A stretch of DNA of 64,000 nt from a bacterium (GTDB taxonomy: Bacteria; SAR324; JACQKK01): NCBI GenBank assembly GCA_965240465.1, contig OZ251219.1, positions 768,001-832,000 of the forward strand, in the 5' to 3' direction. The first letter of the stretch is position 1. Each line of letters begins with the position of its first letter. Positions 31,994 to 42,415 of the stretch are shown one piece after another. The notes beneath the pieces are model-generated. The model saw only the letters and a list, made by a program, of their open reading frames with translations, did not search any database and had not been told where the DNA came from. The translations under genes and the position numbers were made by a program.

Positions 31994-34939
31994 ATGCAAA
32001 AATTATCACTACTTTCAGCTTGTATTTTCGCTCTATTTTTAGCTAGCTGCGGGGGGAGCAGTGGGGATGGCGGTGGGGATGGCAATGGGGATGGCAGTGG
32101 GGGTGACAGTGTAGGTGGCAGTGGAGGAGGTGGAGTTGCTGACAAAGACGCCGATAACATACCCGACAGCGAGGATTTGTGCGAAAATAGCCTTGATGAG
32201 AACTTCATCAGCAATAGCACCACCGACGACGACAAGGACGGTTGCGAGGACAGTACCGAAGACCAAGATGGTGGTGATGGCAGTGATGAAGATAATGATG
32301 GCAAGGTAGGTGATGATGATAAATGTCCGCAGGGTGACACTAATTGGACGAGCGATGGTGACACCGACTACGACAGCGATGGTTGTCGGGATGACAGCCC
32401 TGAAGACACTGATGACGACAATGACGAGGTAGACGATGTTAATGCAGAGGGCGAGGAGCTAGACAAATGCCGAAAAAGTCTTGATAAAAACTTCATCAGT
32501 AGAACCACCACCGACTACGATTCCGATGGTTGCCAAGATGACAGCATTGAAGACACCGATGACGACAATGACGAGGTCAACGATGTTGATGCAGACGGCA
32601 GCGAGCTAGACAAATGCCAAAAAAGTCTTGATAAAGACTTCATCAGCGATGACACCACCGACTACGATTCCGATGGCTGCAAAGATGACAGCCCTGAAGA
32701 CACCGATGACGACAATGACGAGGTAGACGATTTTAATGCAGACGGCAGCGAGCTAGACAAATGCCGAAAAAGTCTTGATAAAGACTTCATCAGCAGCACC
32801 ACCACCGACTACGATTCCGATGGTTGTCGGGATGCTGGCGAGGACACCGATGACGATAATGACGAGGTAGACGATTTTAATGCAGACGGCAGCGAGCTAG
32901 ACAAATGCCGAAAAAGTCTTGATAAAGACTTCATCAGCAGCACCACCACCGACTACGATTCCGATGGTTGTCGGGATGCTGGCGAGGACACCGATGACGA
33001 TAATGACGAGGTCAACGATGTTGATGCAGACGGCAGCGAGCTAGACAAATGCCGAAAAAGTCTTAATAAAGACTTCATCAGCAGCACCACCACCGACTAC
33101 GATTCCGATGGTTGCCAAGATGACAGCACTGAAGACACCGATGACGACAATGACGGGGTAGACGATGTTGATGCAGACGGCAGCGAGCTAGACAAATGCC
33201 GAAAAAGTATTGATAAAAACTTCATCAGCGACGACACCACCGACCACGATTTCGATGGCTGCAAAGATGAAGATCCTTATGGAGAAGACACTGATGACGA
33301 TGATGATGGCAAAGATGATGATAGTGATAGCTGTGCCAAAGGTAACACAGGTTGGCTAAGCACCACTGACGCCATCACTGGCACTGACAAAGATGATGAT
33401 GGTTGCCGAGATGAGGGGGGCGAGGACAAAGATGATGGTGATGGCAGTGATGAAGATAATGATGGCATTTTTGGCACTGACATCAATAGCATTGAGCTTG
33501 ATAAGTGCGAAGACGGCGACAAAGGCTGGACGAGCAATGACCAAACCGACAACGACAGCGATGGTTGTCGGGATGCTGGCGAGGATCCCGATGACGACGA
33601 TGACACCATCCTAGACGTCACTGACGTGGATGACGACAACGACGGTCTAATAGAAATTGCCACTGCTGAGGAGCTAAACAACATCCGCTACGATTTGGAC
33701 GGTAGCCACTATGATGATGGCAGTAATCTATCTGATGTGGGCTGTCCTAGCTCTGGTTGCAATGGCTATGAACTACCCGGGGACATTATTTTAGAGCTTC
33801 CAACTGCCCCTGATACCAGAAATTGGGTACCCGTTGCGGGGGATTTTACCGCTACCTTAGAAGGCAATGGTTTCACCATCAGTAACCTAACCATTCTCAA
33901 TGACTCCATGAACACGGGCTTTCTTGTGGCCTTGGGGGTGGGGGGGACAGTCCAAAACTTGTCCTTTGTGGGAGGTTCAGTTACCAGTAGGAGCTGGGGC
34001 GATAGCGCCAACTTTATAGGGGTTCTGGCAAGCTTAAATCATGGAACAATATCGGGTGTTTCTGCAGGGGTTTCGGTTTCTGCCAATAACGGTCCTTATG
34101 ACAGGGTGGGTGGCTTGGTAGGTTGGAATGCTGGCACAATCCAGAACAGCTATACCACTGGCAAGGTTGATGGCGGTGGTGGCGATAATGATAGGGTAGG
34201 TGGCTTGGTAGGTTCTAATGGTGGCACCATTCAAAATGCCTTTGCCATTGGCTCTGCCATTGGCAATGATGGTGATAATGACGCGGTGGGCGGCTTGGTA
34301 GGTCATAATACTGACACAATCCAGAACAGCTATGCCACTGGCAAGGCTACTGGCGGTGCTGGTAGTAGTGATAGGGTAGGTGGCTTTGTAGGTGTGAATA
34401 GTGGCACAATCCAGAACAGCTATGCCACTGGCAAGGCTACTGGCGGTGCTGGCAATAATGATAGGGTAGGTGGCTTGGTAGGATATGATATTTCTGGAAC
34501 CATCGGTAACAGTTATTCCCTAAGTGCTGTTGATGGAGGGGCTGGTTTTGATAATGTGGGTCGCTTGGTTGGCCATGAAGATGGTAGTGGTAGTATTGCG
34601 AACAGCTATTATGATAAAAATAGTTCTATTGCAAACGGTACTCCATTAGTCTTGGGGATAGGCAAAACCAGCGACCAGCTGAAAACCATCAATCTGGATC
34701 CCCCCCACGATAATCAGGCTGCTTGCGAAGCAGCTGGGGGAACTTGGGATACTGTTAACACCGATCCATGTACTGGCGGAAATCTAGCTGGCTGGAACGC
34801 TTTTGACTGGGAATTCCAAGCTGGCTTCTATCCCACCCTCAAGTCCTACAAGGTGGATTCCAGCGATGCCCAAATCGCAGGCACTCTACTCTGTGGGCAA
34901 TTACCCGTAGCTGACTTCGTTCAGTGTCACACGCCTTAG
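31994..34939 (+). CDS. Surface lipoprotein 3 (981 aa), paralogue
   Basis: MQKLSLLSACIFALFLASC; ~144-nt (48-aa) ...ELDKCRKSLDKDFIS... repeats; GLUG-type head. Confidence 0.9.
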   Translation: MQKLSLLSACIFALFLASCGGSSGDGGGDGNGDGSGGDSVGGSGGGGVADKDADNIPDSEDLCENSLDENFISNSTTDDDKDGCEDSTEDQDGGDGSDEDNDGKVGDDDKCPQGDTNWTSDGDTDYDSDGCRDDSPEDTDDDNDEVDDVNAEGEELDKCRKSLDKNFISRTTTDYDSDGCQDDSIEDTDDDNDEVNDVDADGSELDKCQKSLDKDFISDDTTDYDSDGCKDDSPEDTDDDNDEVDDFNADGSELDKCRKSLDKDFISSTTTDYDSDGCRDAGEDTDDDNDEVDDFNADGSELDKCRKSLDKDFISSTTTDYDSDGCRDAGEDTDDDNDEVNDVDADGSELDKCRKSLNKDFISSTTTDYDSDGCQDDSTEDTDDDNDGVDDVDADGSELDKCRKSIDKNFISDDTTDHDFDGCKDEDPYGEDTDDDDDGKDDDSDSCAKGNTGWLSTTDAITGTDKDDDGCRDEGGEDKDDGDGSDEDNDGIFGTDINSIELDKCEDGDKGWTSNDQTDNDSDGCRDAGEDPDDDDDTILDVTDVDDDNDGLIEIATAEELNNIRYDLDGSHYDDGSNLSDVGCPSSGCNGYELPGDIILELPTAPDTRNWVPVAGDFTATLEGNGFTISNLTILNDSMNTGFLVALGVGGTVQNLSFVGGSVTSRSWGDSANFIGVLASLNHGTISGVSAGVSVSANNGPYDRVGGLVGWNAGTIQNSYTTGKVDGGGGDNDRVGGLVGSNGGTIQNAFAIGSAIGNDGDNDAVGGLVGHNTDTIQNSYATGKATGGAGSSDRVGGFVGVNSGTIQNSYATGKATGGAGNNDRVGGLVGYDISGTIGNSYSLSAVDGGAGFDNVGRLVGHEDGSGSIANSYYDKNSSIANGTPLVLGIGKTSDQLKTINLDPPHDNQAACEAAGGTWDTVNTDPCTGGNLAGWNAFDWEFQAGFYPTLKSYKVDSSDAQIAGTLLCGQLPVADFVQCHTP

Positions 34940-35022
34940 GAGGACTTTACCTCTTGACTCTTGCCTCCTCAGGTGTTACGGTGGGAGTTGGTACCTTCAG
35001 GCATTCTGACATAGGACTCTCC

Positions 35023-38000
35023 ATGCGAAGATTATCACTACTTTCGGCTTGTATTTTCGCTCTATTTCTAGCTAGCTGCGGGGGGAGCGGGGGAGGTGGA
35101 GGAGGCGGGGGGCCTGCTGATGCCGATTCCGATGGCGTCCCCGACAGCAAGGATCTGTGCGAAAATAGCCTTGACGATAACTTCATCAGCGACGACACCA
35201 CCGACGCCGACAGGGACGGTTGCAAGGACAGCACCGAAGACCAAGATGGTGGTGATGGCAGTGACGAAGATAATGATGGCAAGGTAGGTGATGATGATAA
35301 ATGTCCGCAGGGTGACACTAATTGGACGAGCGATGGTGACACCGACTACGACAGCGATGGTTGTCGGGATGACAGCCCTGAAGACACTGATGACGACAAT
35401 GACAAGGTAGACGATGTTAATGCAGAGGGCGAGGAGCTAGACAAATGCCGAAAAGGCAATTTCTTCACCAGCGACAACACCACCGACTACGATTCCGATG
35501 GTTGCCAAGATGACAGCCCTGAAGACACCGATGACGACAATGATAGCGTGCTTGATGCTAGTGATAGCTGTGCCAAAGGTAACACAGGTTGGCTCAGCAC
35601 CACTGGCACTGACAAAGATAATGATGGTTGTCGGGATGCTAGCGAGGACAAAGATGGTGGTGATGGCACTGATGACGACAATGATAGCGTGCTTGATGTT
35701 AATGATAGCTGTCCCGAAGGTAACACAAATTGGCTCAGCACCACCGACGCCACCACTGGCACTGACAAAGATGATGATGGTTGTCAGGATGCTACCAGCG
35801 AGGACCGAGATGGTGGTAATGGCACTGATGACGACAATGATGGCAAAGCTGATGTTGATGATAGCTGTCCCGAAGGTAACACAAATTGGCTCAGCACCAC
35901 CGACGCCACCACTGGCACTGACAAAGATGATGATGGTTGTCAGGATGCTACCAGCGAGGACCGAGATGGTGGTAATGGCACTGATGACGACAATGATAGC
36001 GTGCTTGATGTTAATGATAGCTGTCCCGAAGGTAACACAAATTGGCTCAGCACCACCGACGCCACCACTGGCACTGACAAAGATGATGATGGTTGTCAGG
36101 ATGCTACCAGCGAGGACCGAGATGGTGGTAATGGCACTGATGACGACAATGATAGCGTGCTTGATGTTAATGATAGCTGTCCCGAAGGTAACACAAATTG
36201 GCTCAGCACCACCGACGCCACCACTGGCACTGATAAAGATAATGATGGTTGTCAGGATGCTACTAGCGAGGACCGAGATGATGGTGATGGCACCGATGAC
36301 GACAATGATGGCAAAGCTGATGCTGATGACAGCTGTCCCGAAGGTAACACAAATTGGCTCAGCACCACTGACGCCACCACTGGCACTGACAAAGATGATG
36401 ATGGTTGTCAGGATGCTACTAGCGAGGACCGAGATGATGGTGATGGCACTGATGACGACAATGATGGCAAAGCTGATGTTGAGGATAACTGTCCCGAAGG
36501 TAACACAAATTGGCTCAGCACCACTGGCACTGACGCCACCGACCGTGATTCCGATGGTTGCCGAGATGAGGGGGGCGAGGACCAAGATGGTGGTGATGGC
36601 ACTGATGACGACAATGATGGCAAAGCTGATGTTGATGATAGCTGTCCCGAAGGTAACACAAATTGGCTCAGCACCACTGACGCCACCACTGGCACTGACA
36701 AAGATGATGATGGTTGTCAGGATGCTACTAGCGAGGACCGAGATGATGGTGATGGCACTGATGACGACAATGATGGCAAAGCTGATGTTGATGATAGCTG
36801 TCCCGAAGGTAACATAAATTGGCTCAGCACCACTGGCACTGACAAAGATGATGATGGTTGTCAGGATGCTGGCGAGGATACCGATGGTGGTGATGGCACT
36901 GATGAAGATAATGATGGTATTTCTGGCACTGACGCCAATAGCATTGAGCTTGATAAGTGCGAAGACGGCGACAAAGGCTGGACGAGCAATGACCAAACCG
37001 ACAACGACAGCGATGGTTGTCGGGATGCTGGCGAGGATCCCGATGACGACAATGACACCATCCTAGACGTCACTGACGTGGATGACGACAACAACGGTCT
37101 AATAGAAATTGCCACTGCTGAGGAGCTAAACAACATCCGCCACGATCTGGACGGTAGCCACTATGATGATGGCAGTAATCCATCTGATGTGGGCTGTCCT
37201 ACTACTAATCCCGTAGGTTGCAAGGGCTATGAACTAACTCAGGACATCAGATTAGCAGATCTAACTGGCTCTGACACTAGCAACTGGGATCCCGTTGGTA
37301 ACTATGGCTATCCTTTTACCGCTACCTTAGAAGGCAATGGTTTCACCATCAGAAACCTAACCATTAGCAATGGCTCTAACTACACGGGCTTTTTTGGGGC
37401 CCTGGGGGGGACAGTCCAAAACTTGTCCTTTGTAGGAGGTTCAGTTACCAATACGTACGGGGGGGGTATCAGCTATACAGGGGTTCTGGCAGGTTATAAT
37501 TATGGAACAATATCGGGTGTTGCTACTGAGCTCTTGGTATCTGTCAGCCTAGGTTCCTATGGCGAGGTGGGCGGCTTGGTAGGTAATAATGGTGCACATC
37601 ATAGTAATAGTGGTGCAGCCCTCATCCAAAATAGCTCTGCCACTGGCAATGTTAATGGCGGTGGTGGTAATGACAAAGTAGGTGGTTTGGTAGGTTATAA
37701 TAAGACTGGCACCATTCAAAATGGCTCTGCCACTGGCAAGGTTGATGGTGGTGATGGTGATAATGACAAGGTGGGTGGCTTGGTGGGTAATAATACTGGC
37801 ACCATTCAAAATAGCTCTGCCACTGGCAAGACCGATGGCGGTGCTGGTGATGATGATAGGGTGGGTGGCTTGGTAGGTTGGAATGCTGGTGGCACCATTC
37901 AAAATAGCTCTGCCACTGGCAAGACCGATGGTGGTGATGGTGATGATGACAAGGTGGGTGGCTTGGTAGGTTGGAATGCTGGTGGTGGCACCATTCAAAA

Positions 38001-38613
38001 TAGCTCTGCCACTGGCAAGGTTGCTGGTGGTGCTGGTGATAATGACAAGGTGGGTGGCTTGGTAGGTTGGAATGCTGGCACCATCGGTGATAGCTATGCC
38101 ACTGGCTCTGCCACTGGCGGTGCTGGTGATGATGATAAGGTAGGTGGCTTGGTAGGAGATTATGTTTCTGGAACCATCGGTAACAGTTATTCCCTAAGTG
38201 CTGTTGATGGAGGGGATGGTGGTTCGGATAATGTGGGTCGCTTGGTTGGCAATAGAGATGGTAGTGGTAGTATTGCGAGCAGCTATTATGATAAAAATAG
38301 TTCTATTGCAAACGGTACTCCATTAGTCTTGGGGATAGGCAAAACCAAAGCCCAGCTGAAAGCCATCAATCTGGATCCCCCCGATAATCAGGATGGTTGC
38401 GAAGCAGCTGGGGGAACTTGGGATGCTGCTACCACCTATACATGTACTGGCGGGAATCTAGCTGGCTGGAACGCTTTCAACTGGGAATTCCAAGCTGGCT
38501 TCTATCCCACCCTCAAGTCCTACAAGGTGGATTCCAGCAATGCCCAAATCGCAGGCACTCTACTCTGTGGGCAATTACCCGTAGCTGACTTCGTTCAGTG
38601 TCCTACGCCTTAG
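35023..38613 (+). CDS. Surface lipoprotein 4 (1196 aa), paralogue
   Basis: MRRLSLLSACIFALFLASC; 156-nt (52-aa) SCPEGNTNWLSTTDATTGT repeats; GLUG-type head. Confidence 0.9.
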   Translation: MRRLSLLSACIFALFLASCGGSGGGGGGGGPADADSDGVPDSKDLCENSLDDNFISDDTTDADRDGCKDSTEDQDGGDGSDEDNDGKVGDDDKCPQGDTNWTSDGDTDYDSDGCRDDSPEDTDDDNDKVDDVNAEGEELDKCRKGNFFTSDNTTDYDSDGCQDDSPEDTDDDNDSVLDASDSCAKGNTGWLSTTGTDKDNDGCRDASEDKDGGDGTDDDNDSVLDVNDSCPEGNTNWLSTTDATTGTDKDDDGCQDATSEDRDGGNGTDDDNDGKADVDDSCPEGNTNWLSTTDATTGTDKDDDGCQDATSEDRDGGNGTDDDNDSVLDVNDSCPEGNTNWLSTTDATTGTDKDDDGCQDATSEDRDGGNGTDDDNDSVLDVNDSCPEGNTNWLSTTDATTGTDKDNDGCQDATSEDRDDGDGTDDDNDGKADADDSCPEGNTNWLSTTDATTGTDKDDDGCQDATSEDRDDGDGTDDDNDGKADVEDNCPEGNTNWLSTTGTDATDRDSDGCRDEGGEDQDGGDGTDDDNDGKADVDDSCPEGNTNWLSTTDATTGTDKDDDGCQDATSEDRDDGDGTDDDNDGKADVDDSCPEGNINWLSTTGTDKDDDGCQDAGEDTDGGDGTDEDNDGISGTDANSIELDKCEDGDKGWTSNDQTDNDSDGCRDAGEDPDDDNDTILDVTDVDDDNNGLIEIATAEELNNIRHDLDGSHYDDGSNPSDVGCPTTNPVGCKGYELTQDIRLADLTGSDTSNWDPVGNYGYPFTATLEGNGFTIRNLTISNGSNYTGFFGALGGTVQNLSFVGGSVTNTYGGGISYTGVLAGYNYGTISGVATELLVSVSLGSYGEVGGLVGNNGAHHSNSGAALIQNSSATGNVNGGGGNDKVGGLVGYNKTGTIQNGSATGKVDGGDGDNDKVGGLVGNNTGTIQNSSATGKTDGGAGDDDRVGGLVGWNAGGTIQNSSATGKTDGGDGDDDKVGGLVGWNAGGGTIQNSSATGKVAGGAGDNDKVGGLVGWNAGTIGDSYATGSATGGAGDDDKVGGLVGDYVSGTIGNSYSLSAVDGGDGGSDNVGRLVGNRDGSGSIASSYYDKNSSIANGTPLVLGIGKTKAQLKAINLDPPDNQDGCEAAGGTWDAATTYTCTGGNLAGWNAFNWEFQAGFYPTLKSYKVDSSNAQIAGTLLCGQLPVADFVQCPTP

Positions 38614-38698
38614 GATGTACTTTACCTCTTGACTTCTTGCCTCTTTGGGTGCTACCTTAGGGGCTGGCACTTTCAGGCATTCTGACATAGGACTTTCC

Positions 38699-41600
38699 AT
38701 GCAAAGATTATCACTACTTTCGGCTTGTATTTTCGCTCTATTTCTAGCTAGCTGCGGGGGGAGCAGTGGGGGTGGAGGAGGTGGAGTTGCTGACAAAGAC
38801 GGCGATGGCGTCCCCGACAGCAAGGATCTGTGTGAAAATAGCCTTAACGATAACTTCATCAGCAGTAGCACCACCGACGCCGACAGGGACGGTTGCAAGG
38901 ACAGCACCGAAGACCAAGATGGTGGTGATGGCAGTGACGAAGATAATGATGGCAAGGTAGGTGATGATGATAAATGTCCGCAGGGTGACACTAATTGGAC
39001 GAGCGATGGTGACACCGACTACGACAGCGATGGTTGTCGGGATGCTGGCGAGGATACCGATGACGACAATGACGAGGTAGACGATGTTAATGCAGAGGGC
39101 GAGGAGCTAGACAAATGCCGAAAAGGCAATTTCTTCATCAGCGACGACACCACCGACTACGATTCCGATGGTTGCCAAGATGACAGCCCTGAAGACACCG
39201 ATGACGACAATGATAGCGTGCTTGATGCTAGTGATAGCTGTGCCAAAGGTAACACAGGTTGGCTCAGCACCACTGACACCACCACTGGCACTGACAAAGA
39301 TAATGATGGTTGTCAGGATGCTACCAGCGAGGACCGAGATGGTGGTGATGGCACTGATGACGACAATGATGGCAAAGCTGATGTTAATGATAGCTGTCCC
39401 GAAGGTAACACAAATTGGCTCAGCACCACCGACGCCACCACTGGCACTGACAAAGATGATGATGGTTGTCGGGATGCTAGCGAGGACCAAGATGGTGGTA
39501 ATGGCACTGATGACGACAATGATAGCGTGCTTGATGTTAATGATAGCTGTCCCGAAGGTAACACAAATTGGCTCAGCACCACCGACGCCACCACTGGCAC
39601 TGACAAAGATAATGATGGTTGCCGAGATGAAGGGGGCGAGGACCGAGATGATGGTGATGGCACCGATGACGACAATGATAGCGTGCTTGATGTTAATGAT
39701 AGCTGTCCCGAAGGTAACACAAATTGGCTCAGCACCACCGACGCCACCACTGGCACTGACAAAGATGATGATGGTTGTCGGGATGCTAGCGAGGACCGAG
39801 ATGGTGGTAATGGCACTGATGACGACAATGATAGCGTGCTTGATGTTAATGATAGCTGTCCCGAAGGTAACACAAATTGGCTCAGCACCACCGACGCCAC
39901 CACTGGCACTGACAAAGATAATGATGGTTGCCGAGATGAAGGGGGCGAGGACCGAGATGATGGTGATGGCACCGATGACGACAATGATAGCGTGCTTGAT
40001 GTTAATGATAGCTGTCCCGAAGGTAACACAAATTGGCTCAGCACCACCGACGCCACCACTGGCACTGACAAAGATGATGATGGTTGTCGGGATGCTAGCG
40101 AGGACACCGATGGTGGTGATGGCACTGATGAAGATAATGATGGTATTTCTGGCACTGACATCAATAGTGCTGAGCTTGATAAGTGCGAGAACGGCGACAA
40201 AGGCTGGACGAGCGGAAGTGACACCGACTATGATTCCGATGGTTGTCGGGATGCTGGCGAGGATACCGATGACGACAATGACGAGGTAGACGATGTTAAT
40301 GCAGACGACAGCGAGCTAGACGAATGCCCCAAAGGCAATTTCTTCATCAGCGACGACACCACCGACTACGATTCCGATGGTTGCCAAGATGACAGCACTG
40401 AAGACACTGATGACGACAATGACGAGGTAGACGATTTTAATGCAGACGGCAGCGAGCTAGACAAATGCCGAAAAAGTCTTGATAAAGACTTCATCAGCAA
40501 CGACACCACCGACTACGATTCCGATGGTTGCCAAGATGACAGCACTGAAGACACTGATGGCGACAATGATAGCGTGCTTGATGTTAATGATAGCTGTCCC
40601 AGAGGTGACAAAGGTTGGACCAGCACCACTGGCACTGACAAAGATGATGATGGTTGTCAGGATGCTACTAGCGAGGACCAAGATGGTGGTGATGGCACTG
40701 ATGAAGATAATGATGGTATTTCTGGCACTGACATCAATAGTGCTGAGCTTGATAAGTGCGAGAACGGCGACAAAGGCTGGACAAGCAATGACCAAACCGA
40801 CAACGACAGCGATGGTTGTCGGGATGCTGGCGAGGATACCGATGACGACAATGACACCATCCTAGACGTCACTGACGTGGATGACGACAACAACGGTCTA
40901 ATAGAAATTGCCACTGCTGAGGAGCTAATCAACATCCGCCACGATCTGGACGGCACTCACTATAATGATGGCAGTAATTCATCTGATGTGGGCTGTCCTA
41001 CTACTAATCCCGTAGGTTGCAATGGCTATGAACTAACTCAGGACATCAGATTAGCAGATCTAACTGGCTCTGACACTAGCAACTGGGATACCATTGGTAA
41101 CTATGACTATCCTTTTACCGCTACCTTAGAAGGCAATGGTTTCACCATCAGAAACCTAACCATTAGCAATGGCTCCCAGTTCACGGGCTTTTTTGGGGCC
41201 CTGGGGGGGACAGTCCAAAACTTGTCCTTTGTAGAAGGTTCAGTTACCAGTACGCACGTGGGGAGTACCAGCTATATAGGGGTTCTGGCAGGTTATAATT
41301 ATGGAACAATATCGGGTGTTGCTACTGAGCTCTTGGTATCTGCCAGCCCAGGTTCCTCTGGTGATGTGGGCGGCTTGGTAGGTAATAATGGTGCACATCA
41401 TAGTAATAGTGGTGCAGTCCTCATCCGAAATAGTTCTGCCACTGGCAATGTTAATGGCGGTGCTAGTAATGACAAAGTAGGTGGCTTGGTAGGTTATAAT
41501 AATACTGGCACCATTCAAAATAGCTCTGCCACTGGCAAGGTTGATGGCGGTGATGGTAATAGGGATAGGGTGGGTGGCTTGGTAGGTCAAAATGATGCTG

Positions 41601-42331
41601 GCACCATTCAAAATAGCTCTGCCACTGGCAAGGTTGATGGCGGTGATGGTACTTATGACAAGGTAGGTGGTTTGGTAGGTAGGAATACTGGCACCATTCA
41701 AAATGGCTCTGCCACTGGCAAGACCGATGGCGGTGCTGGTGATAGTGATAGTGTGGGTGGCTTGGTAGGTGAAAATGCTAGTGGCACCATTCAAAACAGC
41801 TATGCTACTGGCTCTGCCACTGGCGGTACTGATGATGGTGACAGGGTAGGTGGCTTGGTAGGTTATAATAATACTGGCACCATCGGTAACAGTTATTCCC
41901 TAGGTGCTATTGATGGAGGGGCTGGAATCCATGATAGGGTGGATCGCTTGGTTGGCTATAGAGATGGTAGAGGTAGTATTGTGAACAGCTATTATGATAA
42001 GAATAGTTCTATTGCAAACGGTACTCTATTAGTCTTGGGGATAGGCAAAACCAAAGCTCAGCTGAAAGCCATCAATCTGGATCCCCCCGATAATCAGGCT
42101 GCTTGCGAAGCAGCTGGCGGAACTTGGGATGACACTGCATCATCATGTACTGACGGGAACCTAGCTGGCTGGAACGCTTTCAACTGGGAATTCCAAGCTG
42201 GCTTCTATCCCACCCTCAAGTCTTATACAGAAGATACTGATGCCAGTGGCAACCTTATCCAAATTGATGGCACTCTACTCTGCGGGCAATTACCCGAATC
42301 TGACTTTGTTCAGTGTACTCCTACGCCTTAG
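38699..42331 (+). CDS. Surface lipoprotein 5 (1210 aa), paralogue
   Basis: MQRLSLLSACIFALFLASC; alternating repeat pairs with a 309-nt period; head closely related to gene 4. Confidence 0.9.
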   Translation: MQRLSLLSACIFALFLASCGGSSGGGGGGVADKDGDGVPDSKDLCENSLNDNFISSSTTDADRDGCKDSTEDQDGGDGSDEDNDGKVGDDDKCPQGDTNWTSDGDTDYDSDGCRDAGEDTDDDNDEVDDVNAEGEELDKCRKGNFFISDDTTDYDSDGCQDDSPEDTDDDNDSVLDASDSCAKGNTGWLSTTDTTTGTDKDNDGCQDATSEDRDGGDGTDDDNDGKADVNDSCPEGNTNWLSTTDATTGTDKDDDGCRDASEDQDGGNGTDDDNDSVLDVNDSCPEGNTNWLSTTDATTGTDKDNDGCRDEGGEDRDDGDGTDDDNDSVLDVNDSCPEGNTNWLSTTDATTGTDKDDDGCRDASEDRDGGNGTDDDNDSVLDVNDSCPEGNTNWLSTTDATTGTDKDNDGCRDEGGEDRDDGDGTDDDNDSVLDVNDSCPEGNTNWLSTTDATTGTDKDDDGCRDASEDTDGGDGTDEDNDGISGTDINSAELDKCENGDKGWTSGSDTDYDSDGCRDAGEDTDDDNDEVDDVNADDSELDECPKGNFFISDDTTDYDSDGCQDDSTEDTDDDNDEVDDFNADGSELDKCRKSLDKDFISNDTTDYDSDGCQDDSTEDTDGDNDSVLDVNDSCPRGDKGWTSTTGTDKDDDGCQDATSEDQDGGDGTDEDNDGISGTDINSAELDKCENGDKGWTSNDQTDNDSDGCRDAGEDTDDDNDTILDVTDVDDDNNGLIEIATAEELINIRHDLDGTHYNDGSNSSDVGCPTTNPVGCNGYELTQDIRLADLTGSDTSNWDTIGNYDYPFTATLEGNGFTIRNLTISNGSQFTGFFGALGGTVQNLSFVEGSVTSTHVGSTSYIGVLAGYNYGTISGVATELLVSASPGSSGDVGGLVGNNGAHHSNSGAVLIRNSSATGNVNGGASNDKVGGLVGYNNTGTIQNSSATGKVDGGDGNRDRVGGLVGQNDAGTIQNSSATGKVDGGDGTYDKVGGLVGRNTGTIQNGSATGKTDGGAGDSDSVGGLVGENASGTIQNSYATGSATGGTDDGDRVGGLVGYNNTGTIGNSYSLGAIDGGAGIHDRVDRLVGYRDGRGSIVNSYYDKNSSIANGTLLVLGIGKTKAQLKAINLDPPDNQAACEAAGGTWDDTASSCTDGNLAGWNAFNWEFQAGFYPTLKSYTEDTDASGNLIQIDGTLLCGQLPESDFVQCTPTP

Positions 42332-42415
42332 GATGGACTTTACCTCTTGACTCTTGCCTCCTCGGGTGTTACGGTGAGGGTTGGCACTTTCGGGCATTCT
42401 GACATAGGGCTTTCC

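Noticed and set aside
37280-41400. Diversity-generating retroelement (TR/VR pair) between the heads of genes 4 and 5
   Set aside because: Differences inspected by eye involve all four bases rather than only adenines, both copies are inside intact ORFs, and no reverse transcriptase is in the window.
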